A stretch of 64,000 nt of DNA from Octopus sinensis (Eukaryota), in assembly GCF_006345805.1 (NCBI RefSeq), contig NW_021831868.1, forward strand, positions 1 through 64,000, given 5' to 3'. Each line of letters starts with the position of its first letter. Position 1 is the stretch's first letter. The notes beneath the pieces are model-generated. The model ran no database searches, was not told where the DNA came from, and saw only the letters and a list, made by a program, of their open reading frames with translations. The translations under genes were made by a program, and so were the position numbers. Positions 12,459 to 26,190 of this stretch are shown in pieces.

Positions 12459-13480
12459 TTAAATGATAAACTTCTGGAAAGTTTTACAGATTTTTACAGT
12501 TCCAGTGATGGACTGGATCTGTAAAATTCGAATTAGCTTTCACCTCTCTGGTTTTGAGAAGCCAAATTTCTCAACATTGGTATTTAGGCAGTGTGTTACA
12601 CAAACATCCAATAATTACAGGTATAAAGCTGAAGTTGTAATTTGGGTAGAGTAACTGCACATTTCTCAATAGTTCAGCGTAGGTATTCTTTTGTTCACAG
12701 ATCTTCAGCTTCATGCTACTATCCGCTGGGCAGTCAATTCCCACAATTCTCTATCCCAAATCATGTTGTGCTTACATTTTATTGAGTTCTTCACTGGAAC
12801 ATTCCATTAGTACTCCTTTTTATTAAGAGTGGCTAAGGCTTCTACCATTTTGTGGGATCTTATTTCTTTGTCTGCGGTGTTATCCTGATATATTTCATTA
12901 TAGTGTGTCCTAGCTACAACATCATGTCTCATCGCTTGATAATAGCGTGATAGTATTTTCGGACAACTGCTTATGATGAGGGTGATATCTTCTGTGTTAA
13001 CTCCACAGAGTCTGCACCGGTTGTCACATTTTACTGCTTTTCTTGCATCTCTATCCCTTTTGTGCGTCAGGTACTTGGTTGATATTTCCTGTTCTTGGAT
13101 TGCAAGCGCTTGCCTTCAAATTGGAGGAGTCATCCCGCTATTGGTCCATGATAGACTTCTTTGATGATCAGTGTTACTATCATCTCGGAGCTTTCTATTA
13201 ACATATCTATGCATAGTCTTCTACTCATATAGGATTATCCTTTCATCTGGTGATAGGTTGCGGTAGAGTCGTGCGACTTTATTGGGCATGTTTGTAGGTT
13301 ATCAGACACAGAATGTTACTCAAGGTGCTACCTTCCAAGTCTTATGATGTTATCAGTCTCATGTACCCAAACTTGGTCAAGGGACGAACTTCAATACTTG
13401 GTGGTTAAGAGGTGTTGGCGAAGGAGTATGATACGACATTCAAAGGCATTTTGGATCTATATTAAGCCTCTGCCGCCTAT
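12459..13480 (-). mobile_element. Decayed RLE-type non-LTR retrotransposon (R4/Dong-like): RT C-terminus, zinc knuckle and ORF end
   Basis: Minus translation GGRGL, then AIQEQEISTKYL...CDNRCRLCGVNTEDITLIISSCPKILSRYYQAMRHDVVARTH, ending KLIRILQIQSITGTVKICKTFQKFII*; stops and frameshifts present. Confidence 0.85.
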
Positions 13481-14019
13481 GTATGTATGTATGTATATAT
13501 GTAAGTATGTATGTATGTAGGTATGTTATTATCATGTATGTACATACGTACGGATATATAACATTTAAGTGCGAGCGGATATATTTCATGCCTCTAATAA
13601 TATAATTCATTATTCGGACGAGCTTGTATAGCGTGCCGTATATTATCGGGCAGGTCTCATTCTTTTGTTGTTACCTTTCATAATAATTATTATTATTATT
13701 ACTATATGTGTGTATGTGTGTGGGGGTATGTGGGGGTGTTTATGTGCATGTTTATGTGTTACTGTGTGTACGAAATTCTCAGTATTTTACACTTGTAAAA
13801 TATTGAGGTCCACGTGATCAATTGGATCCCACCCTTGAAATTACAGGCTTTGTAGGAAATTTAGAAAGAGCCAGCTTAGTCTGAAACTATACTTGCTAAA
13901 ATTATTATACATATAGCATACTATCACAAATAAAGCAAAGAGTCTTCAATACAAATTATATAGTGAATAACTTGGTGGTTGTGTACGATAAATTTAAGCT
14001 TCATGTTGTCCAAATAATC

Positions 14020-14384
14020 ATTTCTACTATAGGCACAAGGCCTGAAATTTGGGAGAAGGGGTCTAGTCGATTACATCGACCCCAGTGTTTCAATCGTACT
14101 TAATTTATTGATCCCGAAAGGATGAAAGGCAAAGTTGACTACGGTGGAATTTGGACGGAGAACGTAGCGACGAGCGAAATACCTATTTCTTTACTACCCA
14201 CAGAGAAGACAAACGGATTAAGTCAATTATATCGACCCCAGTGCGTAACTGGTCTTTAATTTTTCGACCCCGAAAGGATGAAAGGCAAAGTCGACCTCGG
14301 CGGAATTTGAACTCAGAACGTAGCGGCAGACGAAATACGGCTACGCATTTCGCCCGGCGTGCTAACGTTTCTGCCAGCTCCCGC
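14020..14384 (-). mobile_element. SINE family A heterodimer with perfect 21-bp TSD
   Basis: cttcatgttgtccaaataatc at 13999-14019 and 14385-14405; units start at 14338 and 14182 on the minus strand. Confidence 0.92.
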
Positions 14385-14448
14385 CTTCATGTTGTCCAAA
14401 TAATCCCTATACTACTACTAATACTACTACTACTACAAACAATAATTG

Positions 14449-14660
14449 TTTCCAATTTTTGCACAGAGCCAGCAGTTTTGACAGGAGCAGGGAAATTGAT
14501 TACATCGACCACAATATTTTACTGGTACTTATTTTATCAACCCCGAAAGGATGACGGCCGAACTCGACCCCATTTGAATTTGAACTCAAAACAGAGACGG
14601 GCGAAGTGCTGCAAAGAATTTTGTACGGCATAATAACGATTCTGCAAGTTTGCCGCCTTG
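14449..14660 (-). mobile_element. Decayed SINE family A monomer
   Basis: ctggtacttattttatcaaccccgaaaggatga...gaatttgaactc...aacgattctgcaagtttgccgcctt. Confidence 0.75.
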
Positions 14661-14887
14661 CGAAAAGCTAAGAACAAAACTAAATTTTTTTTTTTATTCC
14701 TTTTAAATTTTTTTAGCAATAATCAGATTATGTCTCCAAATAAAAAACAATCAAATCTCGCAAGTTAACGTTAAATGACTTTTATTTCCAGCTTAGTCGG
14801 AAACGTGGCGCAATGTTGTTGTTGTTTAGTTGAACTGTGATATATAATATATACATATATGTACACAACATACATATATATATATCC

Positions 14888-14920
<33 letters not shown>

Positions 14921-14949
14921 ACACACACACATATATATATATAATATAT

Positions 14950-14991
<42 letters not shown>

Positions 14992-15075
14992 CCATATATA
15001 TATATATATATATATATATTACATATATCCATATTTATATATGTGTATAATATATATTATATAGAATATTATATA

Positions 15076-15118
<43 letters not shown>

Positions 15119-17407
15119 TGTACATACATATACATACATATACATATATACATGTAAATGTGTGAGTATATATATGTATGTATGTGTGTATGACACCGAG
15201 GTTAATTGATATCATATTCCTATGTTCTCAAAACTCTTGGTGTCTGTTCTTTACCAAATACATTAATAAATACAAACATATACAAATATATATTTCTGCA
15301 CTTACACACACACACACACACAGATATGCATACATAAATACACACCCACACGGGTAATAAGTGTATGTATATGTATGTTCATGCATTTGCTAAAAACCAG
15401 ACAGTACGAATTTTATGAACCTTGAACGAATTAAGATATAAATTAACCTCGGTAAAATTTGAACTTATATCCTAGCAGAGAAGAAAGCAGATATTGTGTT
15501 ATTACACTGTCCGTTTAGATTCTTTATGATAATAAATTATAAATTAAGATATTGTATTTGATTCTGAATCTCCATCTTGTGAATATCCGACATTTTTTTT
15601 TAATGTTTGTATGATTTTGAGTTAAAGCGTCAGCTAACACAATGAAAATTAATTCTCAAGATATTTCATATTTCTTTAATATTTCTTTTATATATTTCTA
15701 CAGTTATTATTCGTTTATCTCTCTTTTTCTTGGATCATATAACTACACACTTTAACCTATTCCCACATTTTCTGCAAAAAAATCTCCTCTTAATCCAATT
15801 TATGAAGTTGCTAAAATTTACTGCAAACTACATAAACAAATGCAGCGTCTATAAATCTACGCATTTTACCCCCTGGGCCTGTTGGATTATTATATTATTA
15901 TTCTTTTCTTTTCCATCTCGTCTTCTCTAGCTAATTTTCCACTCATTTTCTCTCACCATCTCTTATTTATAGACGCACCCATTTCCCTTCTTTTTTATCC
16001 ACTCTCTCTCACCCTCTTTTTCCCTTTCTGCATTTGTGTCACCATCGCTGAGACTTTCTCTCATGTACTCTTAACATTTTTTCCCCTTTCTATTTCGTAT
16101 TAATGCATGGAAAAAACTTTTAAAAATATATAAATATTAAATCCATAAAAATGAAAATTTATGAGTGAAACACCCTTACCCAATACCCATCTTAAATATC
16201 CTACAAACAAATTGTCGATTTAAGACATTCAGATATAGTATAATACTCGACAAATAAAATGTCACAGATACAAAATAATTGAAACAATCATGAGAAAAAT
16301 CTAACATAAAAATCGGAAAACATTGAAAAGAAAGAAAATAAAATCTATCGTATTAAAGTGAAAAATCCAAGAAAGCTATGTAAACATTATAGCAAAATTA
16401 TAGAAATTAAACAAACGTAGAAGCAACGAATTTAATAAAAATATTAGAATAAAATCTAAATATGTGTTAGTAACTCTAGTCATATTTCGTAAGAAGTATC
16501 TGTTCTTTTATTTATATAATGTGTTTCTTATTGTTGTACTTTAACAAAATACGCTGATGCAGCCTCAATAAATAAAGACATGGAGAAGCAAACTTGATAA
16601 TTCTTACGTTACGTACACGTAAACCATACACAGAAACGCATACACTCTTGCATTTAATATGTACTTAGATATGCAGACGCATGCTTGAATGTACTTCGAT
16701 ACAGAAACATATACTTACACGTACGTAGGTGCTAACGTATATATTCATTCATGCAGATACACCTGCACATACACACACATGCACTCAGATATGCAAAAAT
16801 AAAATTTAATCACCGAAAATGAAAACAAACAAAAAATGTTCAAATCAAAATCTGATACCAGATCTAGTCATATTTCTTAAGGACCATCTCTCTTCTCTTT
16901 TGTTTTAATTTACCATACATTAATTAATTAACACACTTGTTTGTTTGTTTGTTTGTTTATTGTATAGAATAATTAAATCAATAATATTTGGTTTTGAAAT
17001 AAAACAGCTGATTACAAAATGGAAGCATATCATAAAAAACAGCGGCCATATTGGAAACGATAACAGCTTCATGAATGTATGGGAAAATAAATAAAAACAA
17101 AATTTGCTGATATTTCATTTTTCTTGCACTTAAATCACCGAGAAAATGAATAAACATTATTCATATTAAGAAATATTTAAATTATTAGTAACAGAAGTAG
17201 AATTATAATGTTTGTTATTGTATTTGTTAATATCCATTTTTTTATATTTTACTTTTCCATTTAATTTAGTAATTCATTGTTGTTGTTCTTCTTCTTTTTC
17301 TTATTCTTGTCATCATCATTATCATCATCACCATCATTATCCTCATTATTATTATTATTTTTATTATTATTATTATTATTATATTATTATTATTATTGTT
17401 ATTGTTA

Positions 17408-17450
<43 letters not shown>

Positions 17451-17464
17451 CATTATAAATATTG

Positions 17465-18030
17465 TTATTATTTAGTGAGAGAGCAGGGCATGCCACCAAA
17501 GTGACACTGGAGTACAAATATACGAAGCCCAGTATACCCATCATGACTACCCGTCTGATAAGGGTACACCAGGCACATGCATCACAGCCATATGTGCGCG
17601 ACGTGGTGATCTCATATCAAGATAAACAGCGCATGACCTTGCAGGTGGGGCCCAGTTAGAATTTTCTTCTGGTCGAGTGCCCATCCCGGTCAAAAGGTCC
17701 CTGAATGAAGATTGTTGAAGGGTGTTGAACGAACCACCCATGTTTCCAGAGGTGAATTATCCAAACCTCCAAGAATTCCTTTCAACACATGGCTTTGATG
17801 CTCCCCCACTACTTCTGCTCATGATAAGAGAGGCACATATCGTCAGCCACTAAGGGACATGCTCAACTGGATAAGGTCAAACAACTGCTAAGCAAATCTG
17901 TGGTATTCAGCAAAATATTTGCTGTAGCCCATCTTTTATACCAAGATAAAACAATGTACATGATAACACTTCCAATCAGTTAAGATCAGAAGCCATGAAG
18001 GCCATTGTCTGGTACTGCATCAGGGCATTT
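17465..18030 (-). mobile_element. Unclassified retroposon-like repeat (family D) ending in an (AAT)n tail
   Basis: First 210 bp match 48240-48452 in the opposite orientation; abuts a long (ATT)n tract at 17340-17470. Confidence 0.7.
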
Positions 18031-18860
18031 ATTATTGTTATTATTATTATTATCATTATCATCATCATCATCATCATTATTCCTGGCACTTACAATGAAA
18101 GGTGTATGGTTGAAACGATTATTATAACTACTACTACTACTATTAGTATTATAACTAACTATTGGTACCACTACAATTGCTGTTGTTTTTGTTGTTGCTG
18201 TTGCTGCTACTGCTGTTATTGTTGTTAGTGTTGTAGTTGCGTTGATGCTTTTTCTTGTTGTTTGGAAAACTTGTTTTGGTAGCGGTTGGGGAGAGCGGCG
18301 ATGGCCGTGGTGATTGGGACAATTATAAGAACAAAATAGGGAGAACAATTGAGAAAATAAGGCTAAGTAAGTATTACTGAGAAAAGATATATAGAGACAG
18401 CGAGCGTAACAAAGAAAAGACCCTACAATATAATTGAAATTTCACTTAAAAGACACAAAACCTTAAAAATATTTCAACAACGAACACAACATTGCAATCA
18501 ACAATACCATCACCATAACCTCTTGTTGTGCACACCATTATAATGATCCATATTAACACAGAAAATATATAATAATGATAACTAACTATAATGTATTTGA
18601 ATTTTAACGCGACACACATGTGTACAGGACACATCATGTACATAAGCGAATAAGCACAAAGTAGATCCATGATTAGACTAACACACTAACAGTAAGAAGA
18701 CACATACAAAATAACAACAGTAGCATCCGTAGAAGAAATGACTACAAAATAACAAATGTATTACATGTAAAATAACAAATAACTAAACAAGAACAACTGC
18801 ACATATAAAAGAACATAATAGTCACATCCACATGAAACATGTATATATGCATACGTACGT

Positions 18861-19150
18861 ACATACACAAGAACATCACAGACAAATAAAATATACATAC
18901 ATATACACATAGGTGTGTACACAAAGACATCACAAACAAATAAGATATATATGCATCTACGCATATGTAGTTGGAATTTGCATATACACATATGTACATA
19001 CACAAGAACATCACAAACAAATAAAATATACATACATATACACATACGTACGTACACAAGGACATCACAAACAAATAAGAAATATATGCACGTACACATA
19101 TGTAGTTGGAATTTATATATACACATATGTACATACACAAGAACATCACA
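18861..19150. repeat. 135-bp minisatellite, about 2.2 copies
   Basis: acatacacaagaacatcaca at 18861, 18996 and 19131. Confidence 0.8.
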
Positions 19151-19589
19151 AACAAACAAATACGCACACACCTAAAAGGACAGAACAAAATTATATCGAC
19201 AAACGACGCTATACACCAAAAGAAAAACATCACCGACTAAACAACGTATAAATTATTCACAATTTCTTTTCCTGCCTTCGGGTTGAATAAATAAAATAAC
19301 AATTACAATAATGACAATAAATATCACAACATTAACGAAAATAACAACAACAACAGGATCTATAAAATCCCTCCAAAATATGTCAGAAATAAATAACTGG
19401 AGAATTAGTTTAGAATAAATAACGGAATTTGGGATAAAGGCATTAAAAAAGATGAACGAAGATTGACGAAAAACAGAGATGAGAAAAATTGAGAGCTTCA
19501 GCAAAAGGTTTCCCTTGGAGATTTTTTGTTTAGTTTTCTTGTTTGTTACCGATTTTATTTAATTTCTCATGTTTGTGTCTCTTTGTCTC

Positions 19590-19677
19590 TTTCATATGTT
19601 TTATATTATTAATAATTATTATTATTATTATCATTATTATTATCATTATTATTATCATTATTATTATTATTATTATC

Positions 19678-19717
<40 letters not shown>

Positions 19718-19950
19718 CATCATCATCATCATCATCTAATCATCATTAATTATATTATTATTATTATTATTATTATTATTATCATCATTACTATTATTAT
19801 TATTATTTTCATCAATCGTCACCATCCCCTCCTTACTTTCATCATCACCATCATCATCATCATCATCATCATCAACATCGTCATCGTCATCATCATCATC
19901 ATCTTTATCATCCTGATCATCCACATCTCCATCATTATCATCACCGTCGC

Positions 19951-20006
<56 letters not shown>

Positions 20007-20210
20007 ACATCGTCATCGTCATCATCATCATCTTTATCATCCTGATCATCCTGATCATCCTCATCTCCATCATCATTATCATCACCGTCGCCATCATCAT
20101 CATCATCATCACCCATCATCATCACCACCATCATTATCATCACCATCATCATCATCATTATCATCATCACCATCATCATCTTCTTCATCATTATCAACAT
20201 AATCTTTTTT
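19590..20210. repeat. (ATT)n then (CAT)n compound microsatellite
   Basis: Source of the poly-D and poly-M ORFs. Confidence 0.9.
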
Positions 20211-20630
20211 TATTGTTGCTGTTGTTGTTGATGATGCTGATGCTGATGCTGATACAGTTATCATTTATTCGTTTTGATGGGGGTGGGGTGGGGGTTCGAG
20301 CAGAGTTTTTGTTTGTAAAATTTAAATATTAATTGACAGAGAAAATCATGATAGGACGAGTGAGAAAACAAAATGTAGGATGGCGAAAAGGTGTGGAACG
20401 GAGCGGGTAGGGTGTTTGCGTGTAATGGGTGGGTGGGTGGTTGTTTGCTTAGATGGGGAATGCAAGTAATGGATGGGGGTGGGAGGGATAAGTCGGTGTT
20501 AAAAAGATGACAATGTGTTTTGTCCGAAAAGACGAGATTGGTGGTGAGACGATAAGCTTACACTCACACACACATTATACATACATACATACAGTATATA
20601 TATACATAATACATATATATACATATATAT

Positions 20631-20681
<51 letters not shown>

Positions 20682-20779
20682 TATACATATATTAACATAT
20701 ATATATATATAGATATATATATATATATATATACATTATATATATATATGTATATATATATATATAGATATATAGATAT

Positions 20780-20843
<64 letters not shown>

Positions 20844-21063
20844 TGTCTGATTGTGTGTACATTTTTACATGCCAATGGATATATATATATCATATATACA
20901 CACACACACACATATATATATATATATGTCTGATGTGTGTATTTTACATGCCAATGGATATATATATATCATAATATACATATATATATAATACATACAT
21001 ATATATATATATATAATATCATATATATATATAATATAAATAATATATAAATATATGTGTGTG

Positions 21064-21100
<37 letters not shown>

Positions 21101-21779
21101 ATGTGTGCGTATGTATATGTGTAGTGTGTTTGTATGTGTGCGTGGTTGTTGTAGCTCCACATACGTACATATATGTATACGTAGAAACGAAAATGGCACA
21201 CGATACAAAACGAGCAGTTAGCCACAGCTTTCTTCTTCTAGCCATCTTACTCATTGCCCGGAAGCAAGTGACCACGTGATATACTAAAAACGAAATCGAT
21301 GTAATTATCACTGGGAAAGGAAAATTTCATGTACACATACATATACATACATATATGTAAATCAATATATATATATATATATATATACGTACTTTGATTT
21401 GAGTTTACCGTTGTTTTTAAAAAAATATGCTAATGCAATCTATTTCAATGGTAGACTCACGGACACATGGAAATACACATGAGTACGTACATGTCGTTTG
21501 TGACAGAACACATTCAAGCATATCGTGGTTATATTTACATTGATACAGATATTTAGTTTAATACATTTCTTTACTCGTACGCTCTCAGATAAGCACAAAT
21601 CCTTCACACATTCATGTGTGTATATGAATGGATAAACGTAGGCACTCACATACAGACACATACGCATACACACATACACATGCACACACATATATATATG
21701 TATGTGTGTATGTATTTTGGCATATATTAACATATATTAACATATGCTTTGGCATATATTAACATAACTTTTACGCTTT

Positions 21780-22340
21780 ACTTCTTTCAGTCATTATAGT
21801 GACGCCATGCTGGGGCAAATCTTTGATGCATCTTTAGTCGAATGTATCCACTCCACTACATATGACTGCTTTTATGATCCTGATATTTATTTTATCTTTC
21901 CCCTTTAACCGAACCGCTAGGTTACAGGGACGTGAACACGCCTCCAGATTTATTCAAGTGGTGGTGAGGGACAAACACAGACAAAAGGACACATTATATA
22001 CATACATACATACATACATACATACATACACACATACATACATACATATATACATACATACATACATACATACATGCATACATACATACATACATACATA
22101 CATACATACATACATACATACATACATACATGCATACATATATATATGCATACATGCACATACACACACACACACATATATATATATAACAGGATTCTTT
22201 CCGTTTCCGTTGCCAACTCCGGTCACAAGGCATTCGTCGGTCCGAGGCTATAGTGGAAGATACTCTCCCAAGGTGTCACGCAGTGGGACTGAACCCGGAA
22301 CCATGTGGTTGAGAAATAAACTTCTTACCACACAGCCACG
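21780..22340 (-). mobile_element. SINE family C (head GGAGTGGCTGTGTGGTAAG), decayed, with expanded internal (TATG)n
   Basis: Head cgcagtgggactgaacccggaaccatgtgg at about 22280 and tail gccatgctgggg at about 21805. Confidence 0.8.
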
Positions 22341-22500
22341 CGAAAACAAGGTGCTACAACATAAACCGACTAGTGGTATGTATTTGAACTGCATAGAAGA
22401 ATTTATATTTACTAAATAATAAACAACATAAAATTCTACCTAGCATCTTAAGGAAATGTCAATTCCTAGAGCAATCTCGGCATCCATACTTTATAAACGA

Positions 22501-22887
22501 CTAGCAGTATCGCCCGGCGTTGCTCGGGTTTGTAAGGGAAATAACTATATAAGCATTTTTAGAGAGTTATAGCCAAAAAATGCATTAAAAATGGAAAAAA
22601 AATGATAGTAATTTTTTTTTAAATCGTTGACGCATCGTAGACATTTTTAGAGAGTTACTTCCCTTATACAATAGCGAAAAAAATGCATTAAAATGGAAAA
22701 AAACGATGGTAAATTTTCTTTTAAATCGTAGACTCATCGTAGACGCGCGCTAATACCCAGAAGGGCTCGATATGAATCACGACTATAAGATACCCGGTTT
22801 TGGTTAAACTGCACCGCAAAATGTGGGAGTAGTTAGGAATCTAAATCGTAGGAGACAGACACACAACCTTACTTTTATATATAAAGA
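22501..22887 (-). mobile_element. Non-autonomous Helitron
   Basis: Minus strand starts A|TC and ends CTAG|T, with subterminal hairpin cccgagcaacgccggg. Confidence 0.85.
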
Positions 22888-23296
22888 TATTGTATTGACT
22901 GAACCTAAAAAATGCTAGTGGAACTGATTTTATCCAAGAATTAAGCTGAAAGCATATCTACCTGTGGAATACTCATGCACCTATTTGGTAATTTAGATAA
23001 CCGCATCTTCATCGTTGTAAGCGACGGAGAACCATCTCTCTCTTCGCCACTCTGTGTCTCTCTCGATGTATATACATGTACATTTACATAGTTTGTTGAC
23101 GTCATGAAATGATAGAAACTTAGGAGAGAACTTCAAATGATGATATTTGGGGGGATAGTGATTCTCGAAGTAGATAAAGCTATAGATATAGCGTGTAAAT
23201 ATTTAGTTACATATACACGCGCACATAGTTACACATAAATACACTCACATATTTACATACGTGTGTTGATATATGTATGTGTATATATATATATAT

Positions 23297-23337
<41 letters not shown>

Positions 23338-23733
23338 CACACATATATATACATATATATATACATATATATATATGTATATACTTACATACATATATAC
23401 ACACATACATACATGCATATATACCTATATATACATACATGCATATATATATATATATATGTATGTGTGTGAGTGCATCTGCATGTATATACACTCACAT
23501 AAGCATATACGCATTTCTATGTAAATATATGGCTGTATACTCCTCTGTATGTGTGTGTGTATGTGTTGAAAATAAACATGCGTATACACACCTCTCACTA
23601 TATGTGTGTGTGTGTGTGTGTGGTGTGTGTTGTGTGTGTGTGCGCGTGGGTGTCTGTGTCTGTGTATCTACGTTTTTCTATCTTTCTGTTTGTGTCTGTC
23701 TCATATATGTTTCTATGAAATTATGAATGTACA

Positions 23734-24113
23734 TCTCTCTATATAAACGGCAGTTTGTCTGTGCGTTTTCTGTGTGTCTGTTTTCTCGTACCCTCACTCT
23801 GACCACGGCTTTCAACCGATTCTGATGAAACTTGACACACACATAGCCCAATGTCATAATTCAAAACTAACGCAGCGAAAATTTTGAAAAGTTCCCCCAG
23901 TTCTGAAAAAAATCGATAAATTCGACATGGGGTCGAGAATCAGAAACCCAAACCACAGACCGTCTAGGGGACGCAACTCCACCTTTTTTAACTCTCAAAA
24001 AAATTTACCATCATTTTTTTTCCATTTTTTTGCTATTTTTGGGCTATAACTCTCTAAAAATGCTTTATAGTTATTTCCCTTACAAACCTGAGCAACGCCG
24101 GGCGATACTGCTA

Positions 24114-24114
<1 letters not shown>
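23734..24114 (+). mobile_element. Non-autonomous Helitron (different 5' body, same 3' terminus)
   Basis: A|TCTCTCTATATAAA...cctgagcaacgccgggcgatactgCTAG|T. Confidence 0.85.
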
Positions 24115-24161
<47 letters not shown>

Positions 24162-24163
<2 letters not shown>

Positions 24164-24720
24164 TTCATATGTACATTCATATATATGTACATACATATAT
24201 ATATCACATAAATATATGTGTATGTGTGTGTGTGTGTGCCAGTGTGTGTGTTAGATATAAAGATATGCGCACAGGAAGAACAGGGGAGAATATATCACTA
24301 GAGTACCATGCTAATATCACGAAGGCTGCTTATGTTTAAATTCATACAAATGCATCTTGAGCGAAACACGAATCCATTGACTGATATTGGTTTTTTGATT
24401 ATGAATATATATCCATAATAAATTGGTTTAGCGTTAGGTTGTGTAGAACTGTTTTTTTTTTTTTTTTTTTTTTTTGGTATCCTGACGGTGAAACGAATAT
24501 GAGTAAAGGTTTTTGTATATATGTGCTTCTTTAATGAGAGTTCTATCTGGTGAAGAAACTCGTTTGGCAACCGTAATGTTGGGGGTTCAGTCCTATTGCG
24601 CTATAATTCGTGTAAGGGTTTTCTGCTATAGCCTTGATTAGACCAATGCATTGTGAGTGATCGTGGAAGACGGAACTATGTGTATGACTATCGAATGTAC
24701 ATACACATACGTGCATATAT

Positions 24721-24766
<46 letters not shown>

Positions 24767-25312
24767 TATGTACATTCATATATATGTACATACATATATA
24801 TATACATAAATATATGTGTATGTGTGTGTGTGTGTGCCAGTGTGTGTGTTAGATATAAAGATATGCGCACAGGAAGAACAGGGGAGAATATAGTCACATA
24901 GAGTACCATGCTAATATCACGAAGGCTGCTTATGTTTAAATTCATACAAATGCATCTTGAGCGAAACACGAATCCATTGACTGATATTGGTTTTTTGATT
25001 ATGAATATATATCCATAATAAATTGGTTTAGCGTTAGGTTGTGTAGAACTGTTTTTTTTTTTTTTTTTTTTTATCTTGGGATCCTGACGGTGAAACGAAT
25101 ATGAGTAAGGGTTTTTGTATATATGTGCTTCTTTAATGAGAGTTCTATCTGGTGAAGAATCGTGTTTTGCAACCGTATGTTGGGGGTTCAGTCCTATTGC
25201 GCTATAATTCGTGTAAGGGTTTTCTGCTATAGCCTTGATTAGACCAATGCATTGTGAGTGATCGTGGAAGACGGAAACTATGTGTATGACTATCGAATGT
25301 ACATACACATAC

Positions 25313-25322
<10 letters not shown>
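24162..25322. repeat. Tandem duplication, two copies of about 600 bp separated and flanked by (AT)n
   Basis: 24162-24720 vs 24761-25322; each copy includes a decayed family C SINE head. Confidence 0.92.
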
Positions 25323-25347
<25 letters not shown>

Positions 25348-25385
25348 GTGTATATATATATATATGTGTGTGGTTGTGTGTGTTT

Positions 25386-25618
25386 GTGTGTGTGTGGTGT
25401 GTGTCGGCGAGCTGGCAGAAGCGTTAGCACGCCGGGCGAAATACGTAGCCGTATTTCGTCTGTCGTTACGTTCTGAGTCCAAATTCCGCCTTTCATCTTT
25501 TCGGGGTTGATTAAATAAGTACCAGTTACGCACTGGGGTCGATGTAATCGACTTAATCCGTTTGTCTGTCCTTGTTTGTCCCCTCTATGTTTATCCCCTT
25601 GTGAGTAGTATAGAAATA
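25386..25618 (+). mobile_element. SINE family A monomer with small internal deletion
   Basis: ggcgagctggcagaagcgttagcacgccgggcgaaa...ccccttgtgagtagtatagaaata. Confidence 0.88.
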
Positions 25619-25809
25619 TGTGTGTGTGTGTGTGTATGTGCGTGAGTAAGTATGTATGAATGTATGAATGTATGTATATGTGTATATGTATATATAAGTG
25701 TGTGTATGTATTTTGTCTATTTGTCAGCGTCACCACTTGACAAATAGTCTTACGTTGTTCACGTCCCTGTCACCTGGAGGTTCAACACACGAACCGATAG
25801 AATAAGAAG

Positions 25810-25985
25810 TCAAGGACATTTACTCCTCATGGACAATTACCCCTGAGAACAGATGGTGATTTAAAATTTCTTCATATATAACCAAGGTTGTATTTGTCCA
25901 AGATGGTAGTTGTCGTCAGAGAGAATTGTCCTACGGGGAGGGGGTTAATTATCCTCGGGGGCGGGGCGGGAATTGTCTTGATACG
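25810..25985. mobile_element. Possible non-autonomous DNA transposon remnant with subterminal aattgtcc repeats
   Basis: ggacaattacccc (25831) inverted against gagaattgtcc and gggaattgtctt near 25921-25980. Confidence 0.4.
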
Positions 25986-26190
25986 AGTATAAATCAGACT
26001 TGAAAGTGTTAGTACAAGAGTGGATATATTCGACTGAACTGCTTCGTGGTGGTGCCCCAGCATCGCCGGAGTCTTATAACGAAACATGTAACAAAAAAAA
26101 AAGGAAAAAACAAAACGGTATCGTTGTGATATCTTTTGGGCTAGTAGTGTTATTACAGTACTTAACAAAAATACTTTGAGGTGTTTTATT

